Assembly: GCA_002104945.1 (NCBI GenBank)
Contig: MCFH01000025.1
Span: forward strand, 310,001-374,000
Direction of reading: 5' to 3'
DNA from: Piromyces finnis finn
Lineage: Eukaryota > Fungi > Neocallimastigomycota
DNA: 64,000 nt
Below, piece by piece: positions 9,111 through 17,211 of the stretch. The position numbers and the translations under genes are program-made. Each line of letters begins with the position of its first letter. Position 1 is the first letter of the stretch. The notes beneath the pieces were generated by a model. It had not been told where the DNA came from, did not search any database, and saw nothing but the letters and a program-made list of their open reading frames with translations.

Positions 9111-11992
9111 TTTTATTTATTTCTTAATTTAATTCTATTTTTTTTTTATTTTTTTTTTTATATTTTTTACCAAATTTTTGGTTTAATATTAAAATTTAGA
9201 AAAAATATTGTTATTTATAGTGTTTTTGAGAATTATAAAATTATATTAAAATTGTTTTATATTGATTTTAATATATATAACAAATATATTAAATATAACG
9301 GGAAACAAGTGAAATAAATCAAGAATATTAATTCTATAATATAATAATAAATTAAATTGTACTATGAAAAAAGAAATAAATGATATATTGTGCAACCTAT
9401 AAAATTCTAAAATTTTTTTCTTTAAGCATATATTGATATAAAATAAATAGAATTAAAACAATATATTAAACTTTATTCGTATTAAATTTCAAACTTTATT
9501 TATTATATTAATTAATATTATACTTTTAAAAGATAATACAGTCATTAAAATTTTATTCTATATTGTAAAAAATAAATGATAATAAACCGAAAATTGAATA
9601 ATAATAGTAATAAGTAATGATTAATGATAGTTCAATGAAATTTTGATATGAATATTATGCAAACTTTATTTTTCTATTAAATTATTTTCTTTTACTTTAC
9701 TTTATTTTACTTTATTATTAGGTTAATACAAAACTATATTTATATTTATTATTGTTTTTTTTTTTTTAAATAAATAATTTTTTATTAGGAGAATAATAAT
9801 AATTTATTATAAAAAAGAAATAAAAAGAAATAGAATCTGAAACTTTATTAATTATATTTATGAATTAAATATTATAAATTAAAAAAGAAAATTATAAAAA
9901 CTACAATTTAATTTAAATAAATAATAAAAATTTATAGTTTAAGATTGCAAAATAATAAATACCTTCAAAAACCTATGAAAGAAAAAATATCACTTAATTA
10001 ATTAGTATCATAAGAAATATTGAACATTAAATATACTTAGAATTTTAAAATAAAAATAATTTAAAAGTAATAATAATTTGTATAAGTATTAAATATAAAA
10101 ACAAATTTTAAATTTTAAAAAATAGCTTTAACTTTTAATTATATTATTTTTTTAAAATGATTATCAAAAACTTTTTATTAATCATATATTAAAATTCTAA
10201 ATAACTTTTCATATATTATTATTAAATATAATATACTCATTTCAAATAAATAAATAGATAATATATTTATAACAAATTTAACTATAAAATGAACAATATA
10301 TTGGAAATAAATACTCTATGTTTTAAATAAATTAAATAATAATTAAAAATAATATAATTCTTTTAAAATATGGAATTAAATTCCTAATACCACTTCACTG
10401 CTATAAAACCCAAATTCTTCTTTTTTATATACCACTAGAAACATAATATCGTAAAATATAAAATTTTTGGGTATTTAAATTAATAATAAATCATTCAGAA
10501 TGAATAAATTAATCATTTATTTACTACATTATTATAATGCATGCCAAAATAAAGTTTGTTTTTGTTTTGTTTTGTTTTGTTTTATAAATATCATAAATAT
10601 AATAAAAAGAATAAACCAAAAATGTTAAATTTTACTTTTTACATTGAAAATTCAATTTTTCTATAATTTTTCTATAATTGAATGAATGATAATTTGATAG
10701 TCTTTTTTTTTTTTAAATATTAAAATCCTGTAAATTCATCTATCATAACAAATATAATAATAAAAATTACAATAAAATCTACTTATTAAATTTGTCAGTA
10801 GTATGAACACTAAAAAAAATATATATTTTTAACATATTAAATGAAAACTTGTTCAAATAATAGTTTTTTCTTCTTTTTGTTTAATAGTTGTAGTGGTGGA
10901 CCAAAAAACATTATTAGCATGAATAATTATTATAAGTTTAAAAGTCACAAAAATTTGACTCCAATTAATTTATTTAAAAGTGTATTACAAATTTTAAATA
11001 TAAATTAAAATAAAATTTGTCGATATTTATGTAATACAAATTAAATTTGTTTTTACTGTTTTAATATATTATAAAAATGGACTAGAATGAATAATCGGCA
11101 ATCCCTTTGAGTGGAAAAGAATAAAAATAAAACTTTATTCTTTTTTTCTTTTCTTCATAAAATGATTAAAATAAAAATGTTTATTTTATAATAATAAATT
11201 AGAACTGGAATATCTTTTTCAAAAAAAAAAAACTTTTAAACAATTTAAAATTTATAAACCTTTAAATAATAATAAAGTTTAATATTATGAAACAATAATT
11301 AATTAATTTAAAATTACAATTTTATATTTTATATGGTTTATAATGAAATTAAATTTATAAAATAAATATGGAAAATTTTCTATATTATATAATTATCATA
11401 TATTAACAATATAGTTGTTTTATGTTACAATAAAAAATTTAAAGTTAAATAGATACTACTTTATTAGTAATATTATGTATAATATATAATATTACAATAT
11501 AATAAATTATATACAATGTTTTAGTATATTTTAGTATATTTTAATATATTTTAATATATTTTAATATACTATATAATTATTCAAATATAATTTATAATTC
11601 ATATATAAATATTCTATAAAACAAAATTGAAACAATTATTATTTTAAAGTTGTTATTTTCACCATTTATGATTGTTTCATTTTTTTTAAAAATTTTAATA
11701 ATGATTTTAACCAATAAAAATAATGTAAAATTTTATTATTTAACAAAATTATATAAAAAAAGTTTCAAACGAATTGGATATCTTTTTATGGTGGTATTAT
11801 AAAAGAAATACACTAACGAAGATGACTGAAATGTAAAGGAATAATATGTAATGAGTATTTCTGTTAAGGTCCATTAAAACAAGAAAAATGGTTATATTAA
11901 AAATATATATATTCTTTTTCTTATAAATAATAATAAAAATACTGACTTTTTTTTTAATAAGGATTAAAATGCTATAATTAATACATGACTTT

Positions 11993-11997
11993 GTAAT
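11993..11997. repeat. Target-site duplication GTAAT (left copy)
   Basis: The same 5-mer flanks the other end at 17207-17211. Confidence 0.9.
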
Positions 11998-12214
11998 TAT
12001 TAAGAGTTGTTTAATTTAGGTTTATAATTATGTCAACTTTATTAATATATTTTATGATAAAGAACTACTTGCGTTACATTCTTCTAAAACTACATGTATT
12101 TATACATTTACATTGTGGCTTAAACATATAATCAAATACAATATATACAAATACGTTTTAATACATTTCAATACATTTGAATACATGTGACATAACGTTT
12201 TACATATTCTAACA
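11998..12214 (-). repeat. 3' LTR (217 bp)
   Basis: Matches 16990-17206 except at 12004 (g/a) and 12169 (c/t). Sense strand reads TGTTAG...TTAATA. Confidence 0.95.
12038..12043 (-). terminator. Putative AATAAA polyadenylation signal in the 3' LTR
   Basis: AATAAA on the element sense strand, downstream of the LTR TATA-like box. The motif is weak evidence in AT-rich DNA. Confidence 0.4.
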
Positions 12215-12226
12215 TTCCCCCTCAAA
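12215..12226 (-). other. Polypurine tract (TTTGAGGGGGAA) abutting the 3' LTR
   Basis: Typical Copia-type GAGGGGGAA immediately before the TGTT start of the LTR. Confidence 0.92.
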
Positions 12227-12585
12227 CCTAATTTTCTACTAAGTAAAATTTGGTTTGCTGGTGAATATGTGCATTTTATTATTTCTAAACTATTAACTAT
12301 AAACTAAATCTAATGTTTAAAATTTTTATATTTCATTAATTGGAATTTAAAATATTTCACATATATTATTCGCTAATTGCTTTAAAGAATTTAAATATTA
12401 CCCTATAACTTCGTTTTTATGGATAAACTGAAAACCTTTGTATAATTGGGTAGTATTAAAGTTTAAAATTTGGATTGGATATTCATAAATTGTTATATCA
12501 TCCATTAAGGATTGAAAACCCTTCCGGTTTTACATTATCCTATAAACTATATTGGTAATCTCTCTGAGATTTACACAGAATTATA

Positions 12586-12741
12586 GACAACACATGGTTT
12601 ATCTCTTTGATTTTACGTCCTTATGACAACACATATGGATAACTCTTTTTGGTTTTACGTTCTCTTAACAACCTATGGTTAATCTTCTTGGTTTTACGTT
12701 CTTCGGACAACCTATGGATAACTCTGGTTTTATGTCCTTAT
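12586..12741. repeat. Four imperfect ~39-bp tandem repeats inside the LTR element
   Basis: Units start at 12586, 12625, 12667 and 12706; approximate consensus gacaacctatggataactcttttggttttacgtycttat. Confidence 0.85.
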
Positions 12742-13129
12742 AATTACAATTTTCTTTAGAATATTAGCATAATTGTATTTCAATCTATTTGTAAATACTA
12801 ATTAATAATGGTAAAATTTTAATTAAATTCTTAATAGTTATTTAGTTTATGTATATTGAATTTTAACATTTTCTTTTAGGTGTTTTTCCTTCCTTTTATG
12901 CCTTTTGTATTGATTAATTATTCTTATAATATTTAAGAATATTTTACTTTGTATTTGAAATTTTGTTCTTTTCATTTTTACATATTGAATCTTATAAATT
13001 TTTACAATTTGAATTTCAATTCATTCTATTTATTAAGCCTTAGTTTCTATGCAATGTTTTAGTTATTTCCAATGTTTAACTAGAAACAAAAATTATTATC
13101 TTGAATTTTAAATTTCGTATATTCACTAC

Positions 13130-13141
13130 TTCCCCCTCAAA
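13130..13141 (-). other. Second, internal copy of the polypurine tract
   Basis: ttccccctcaaa is identical to 12215-12226 (15/16 when extended), 915 bp away. Confidence 0.8.
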
Positions 13142-13824
13142 TCTAGATGTTTAGTAATAAATACTTAGATTTGAAAAAGAGAAATTTAAATTTCATAAAA
13201 TTTCATTCATTTTGCATCAAATTTTCATAATAATGAATAATTTTCCATAACATATACGATAAGTATTAATACCTATATAAATAATAAATAACATATTCTA
13301 ATGTTTTCATTCATTTTTCTCAATTGCTTATCCTTTAAAATATAGTGAAATAATATTTTCATGATAATATATTTTAATGTAGTGATAATCATAGAATATC
13401 AAACTAATGAATAAAATATTCCTCAATTATGTATTTCTTTACTTCAAATTAAAATAAGTAGATATACCAGTAAAATTATAACAAGTTAATATTGTAAGAT
13501 AATGACATTTAAAATATCGATTGTTGAAGAGAATAAAGTTCTTCTAAATTATATCGAAGTCGGCTCGGTTAATTAGAATGTCAGCTAATTGGTCGGCGAT
13601 CACTCACTACGTTGAAAGTGGCGATTTATATATGAGGTTACTAAATCACCGTAAATTATATTTTAAAACGGCGTCACAACATTCTTGAATGTTGGTAATA
13701 AATAAATATGATGAATCAATGTCATCTAAATCTAAGGAGCCCTTACTATGAAGGTGCTACATTGTTATTGATGGGACCAAATTAAATATATATAGGTCTA
13801 AAACCATCATTAATAATTATCTAT

Positions 13825-13950
13825 GAATATAACTCATTTCACGCTAAGTTAAATCATGATAAGTTGTTAAAATATTATTGAATATACCCATTTCACGCTA
13901 GGTTATTCAAAGTATATATATATGTAGAATATGCTCATTTCACGCTAAGC
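13825..13950. repeat. Three spaced copies of a GAATAT-n-CATTTCACGCTA motif
   Basis: Perfect CATTTCACGCTA at 13835, 13889 and 13936. Confidence 0.85.
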
Positions 13951-14631
13951 ATTTCTAACTTTAATAAATTACCTCATTTGAAATATTTGCTATGTATATT
14001 AGCAATAACAGCCTACGGGATGAGCATTTGACCAGTAATATATTTGCTTTATAGGTAGCAATAATTTAAATAATGCTTTTGAGGCTAAATATTATCTTAA
14101 AGTATTGTTATAATGATTTAATTCAAAGAATAGTATACTGGATTAAATTATATAATACTGATTTGAGTGAAATTATCATAAAGAAATTGATTGACATTTT
14201 CACAAGGATAGTTTCAATGTTCATTGCAATAGGATATTTTATATAAACTTATCAAATAATGTTTAATTATTCTAATTCATGTTTCTAATTGTATAAATTT
14301 TATGTATTTTCTTTATGTTCTATCTTTCCTCTATGGCGGAAAGAATATTTTCTCATTAAAATAGTAGTAGTTAAAGTATTTGAACATTTCACAAACAATT
14401 TATTTACTTGAAATAAATATGTATGCTTTCAATAACAATAATGCTATTTTATGAATGTTAATAAAACTAATTCTTTTAAAATAAAATGAATGTTTGTAGG
14501 TGTATGTATGTTTATGAATATTTACATAATTGAATATATGGATTTTTAAATGATAATGAATGTAAATTGACATAATGAGTAAATCAAAATCAAATTAATA
14601 AATTTAATAAATTGAGTAAATTAGGAGAATT

Positions 14632-16176
14632 CTAATATACAATGTTTATTTGCCAAAACATTACTGACATTAAAATAATAAATACATTTGCAAGAGAAAT
14701 ATATTTGAAGTTAACAGTTCCGTTTGAATTTAAATTTAAATCATCAATACTACTTAAGCCATTATTTGTAAGATAACTTGTATTTTCATTAAGATTATTA
14801 TCGATGTAATACTTTTTCATGTCGGTATTACAATAACAAGTATCGCATATATCAGTTTGATCATTTTTGTCAGTATCATTAGGAGTACTAGTTGATCTAA
14901 TGGAATTATCAGAAATACTAGTTGATCTAGTGGATCTAGTTGAAAGGTAGTTTGATTCAATTCTAAAAATTCTAACAGGATTTTTTTCATTTCCTCTGAA
15001 ACCCCAGTCATTGGATACCACTTTAAAAGTGGAGGCGCTAATTGTCACACCGTTTCCGGCAACAATACCCATGTGATGACCATCTGTAATAATGTCACCT
15101 GGCATACTATGTTTTATACCGTAATCGCCTTCTCCTATAAAATCAAAACCAGGAACATTCATTGAATACCAATCTTTGGTACATGGTGGTCGATCAAGTT
15201 TGCTTTTTGCAGCTAAAATGGGATGCTTAAATCCATTTAATTTATTTGGAGTTCCAACATCATAACCAGAAGCTAAAATAACTTCATAGACAAATAAATT
15301 GCATTTAAATTCGTCTGCATTGAAATATACATTGGCTTTTCTTTTTGCCTGTCTACTGTTACTAAATGCCCAAGCAGTTTCACCAATATTTGTAAAAGCA
15401 TTTAAATAAATTTTATTTTGTATAGAATTACTAGATTTCGAAACTGATTCATCTATGTAAATATATGATGGGATAGGAATATTTGAATTTTCATTGTTAT
15501 CAAATGAATCACGTAATTGTCGGTTATATGTAAAATTTAATGTATCTACTGATCTTCGGTTTAGCCAATTGTCTTTAAAAAGATAAGCGAGGGATATTTC
15601 ATCATCAAATTTATATGTAATTTTAAAAGATTTCCCACTTCCAACACAAACTTCAGGTAACTTTTCCTCAACGAAATTGTACCAAAAACCTTTTTGGTTA
15701 TTCCATTCAAAATCCCAAATGTCATAACCCGAAAAATGTATTTTCACTGTGTTCCAACCTATTACAGGAATAAAATTATAATCAATATCGACACTATAGC
15801 TTCCTAATGTTAAACACCAAATACCTCGTCTTGATCCTTGTGCAGCACTTATTGTTTCTTTATTTATAATTTTATCTATCGATATTTTATTTTTAATTGT
15901 TTGAGAAAGTTCAACTAGCATATTTTTATAAGAATCAGCATTTTTCATTTCTTCTATTAATCGCGGGGAGGCGGGTACCGTATTTCCTGAATTACCTCTA
16001 TAGTGAGAAATAGCATCTCTCAAGCTTGATATAGATTTGTGTGTCGATGGTGTTACAAATCCGCAGATATTATGTATCTTTTCGAAAATTGATTCTTTAT
16101 CGAATATAACTAAACTTCTGACTTTATACAATAAGAGAAAAAAAAATAATAACTTAAGAATTAATCTATTCTTCAT
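14632..16176 (-). CDS. 514-aa secreted, probably GPI-anchored protein: colicin M-like domain plus NlpC/P60/CHAP-like amidase domain (LTR cargo)
   Basis: Intact intronless ORF. Hydrophobic signal (aa 1-21). AISHYRGNSG, LGSYSV, DIWDFEWNNQKG and SGKSFKI parallel colicin M motifs. KCNLFV...PGDIITDGHHMGIV...NDWGFR gives a Cys/His dyad. S/T linker and hydrophobic C-terminus. The ORF is certain; the domain calls are by eye. Confidence 0.7.
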   Translation of the reverse strand: MKNRLILKLLFFFLLLYKVRSLVIFDKESIFEKIHNICGFVTPSTHKSISSLRDAISHYRGNSGNTVPASPRLIEEMKNADSYKNMLVELSQTIKNKISIDKIINKETISAAQGSRRGIWCLTLGSYSVDIDYNFIPVIGWNTVKIHFSGYDIWDFEWNNQKGFWYNFVEEKLPEVCVGSGKSFKITYKFDDEISLAYLFKDNWLNRRSVDTLNFTYNRQLRDSFDNNENSNIPIPSYIYIDESVSKSSNSIQNKIYLNAFTNIGETAWAFSNSRQAKRKANVYFNADEFKCNLFVYEVILASGYDVGTPNKLNGFKHPILAAKSKLDRPPCTKDWYSMNVPGFDFIGEGDYGIKHSMPGDIITDGHHMGIVAGNGVTISASTFKVVSNDWGFRGNEKNPVRIFRIESNYLSTRSTRSTSISDNSIRSTSTPNDTDKNDQTDICDTCYCNTDMKKYYIDNNLNENTSYLTNNGLSSIDDLNLNSNGTVNFKYISLANVFIILMSVMFWQINIVY

Positions 16177-16975
16177 TTTAAAGAAGAGGTAAAAATATAG
16201 GAAGTTACAATAAACAATTGTTAAAGAATGAAAAATATTTTTATTTCAATTTTCTGAATATTAATAAGATTTATAAATGTTACTATTTAAAAGGATTTTG
16301 AAATTATATTACTTAATTGTAAGCAATTATACAAAATAAAATTTTGGATTTTATTAGCTAATTTATACTATTTGTGGTGAATAAAGTAAGTTGAGAATGA
16401 AATTCTATTGTTTATTTAATTCTAAATTTATATTTCGAATTTGTACTTTATTAACTTTGAATTTAATTTTACAATATCTATTCATAAATAGTTTCTAAAA
16501 TAATTAATTCTTTTCAATTTTGAATACTTTAATTTATTTCTGAGTTTTAGGCGTTGGTTGTATTTGAATAAAATAAATTTTATGTTGGTTCAAAATTATT
16601 TAGAGTTCAATTTGTTTTGTTTATTTTTAAATTTAAAGATTTAAATTAAAAGTTAAAAAATTCAAAATTCAATTTTAGAATAATTTGCTTTCGGAATTTA
16701 AAATTGTCTATATTATTTTAGTATAAGGAAACTTTGTTTATATCAGGTAATGTTTTTCTATTTTAGATTGCCATTTCAATTTCAAAAGTTTGAAATCTCA
16801 AATTCTAGATCTCAAAACAATTTTACCAAACATAGATAATTTCAGATTAAATAATTTAATTCTGATAGTTAGAATTTCCTACAGTTTTCTCCTATGACAA
16901 AATGTCATATCCGGCGGTTTGATTCATCTTTCAGAGAATCATTTGAGAATTAATGAGATTCTCTCTTGAGAGTCT

Positions 16976-16989
16976 TGAGACTCTTAATC
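16976..16989 (-). other. Primer-binding site complementary to the anticodon arm of tRNA-Lys(CUU) (half-tRNA type)
   Basis: Plus strand TGAGACTCTTAATC directly abuts the 5' LTR. GACTCTTAATC is the conserved tRNA-Lys(CUU) anticodon arm core (recalled). Confidence 0.75.
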
Positions 16990-17206
16990 TATTAAAAGTT
17001 GTTTAATTTAGGTTTATAATTATGTCAACTTTATTAATATATTTTATGATAAAGAACTACTTGCGTTACATTCTTCTAAAACTACATGTATTTATACATT
17101 TACATTGTGGCTTAAACATATAATCAAATACAATATATACAAATACGTTTTAATACATTTTAATACATTTGAATACATGTGACATAACGTTTTACATATT
17201 CTAACA
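16990..17206 (-). repeat. 5' LTR (217 bp)
   Basis: 215/217 identical to 11998-12214; contains four 10-bp subrepeats (atacattt-like). Confidence 0.95.
17089..17096 (-). promoter_or_regulatory. Putative TATA box (TATAAATA) in the 5' LTR
   Basis: Mid-LTR position upstream of AATAAA, consistent with U3-R-U5 order. Low specificity in AT-rich DNA. Confidence 0.4.
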
Positions 17207-17211
17207 GTAAT
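17207..17211. repeat. Target-site duplication GTAAT (right copy)
   Basis: Matches 11993-11997. Confidence 0.9.

Larger units (their letters stand above)
11998..17206 (-). mobile_element. Non-autonomous Ty1/Copia-like LTR retroelement (5209 bp) carrying a cargo gene instead of gag-pol
   Basis: 217-bp direct repeats at both ends, GTAAT TSD, PPT abutting the left LTR and tRNA-like PBS abutting the right LTR. No gag/pol ORF in the ORF track. Confidence 0.93.

Noticed and set aside
13825-13950. CRISPR-like repeat-spacer pattern (also considered for 12586-12741)
   Set aside because: Only 3-4 short or degenerate units, eukaryotic context, inside an LTR element, and no cas genes.
14632-16176. Interpreting the cargo ORF as a retroviral env-like gene (signal peptide plus C-terminal hydrophobic segment)
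   Set aside because: It sits in the gag position with no pol, the hydrophobic segment is at the extreme C-terminus (GPI-like), and enzyme-type motifs explain the sequence better. Not fully excluded without a structure search.
16976-16990. tRNA-Lys gene
   Set aside because: Only the anticodon arm matches; no D arm, T arm or acceptor stem. Position identifies it as a PBS.
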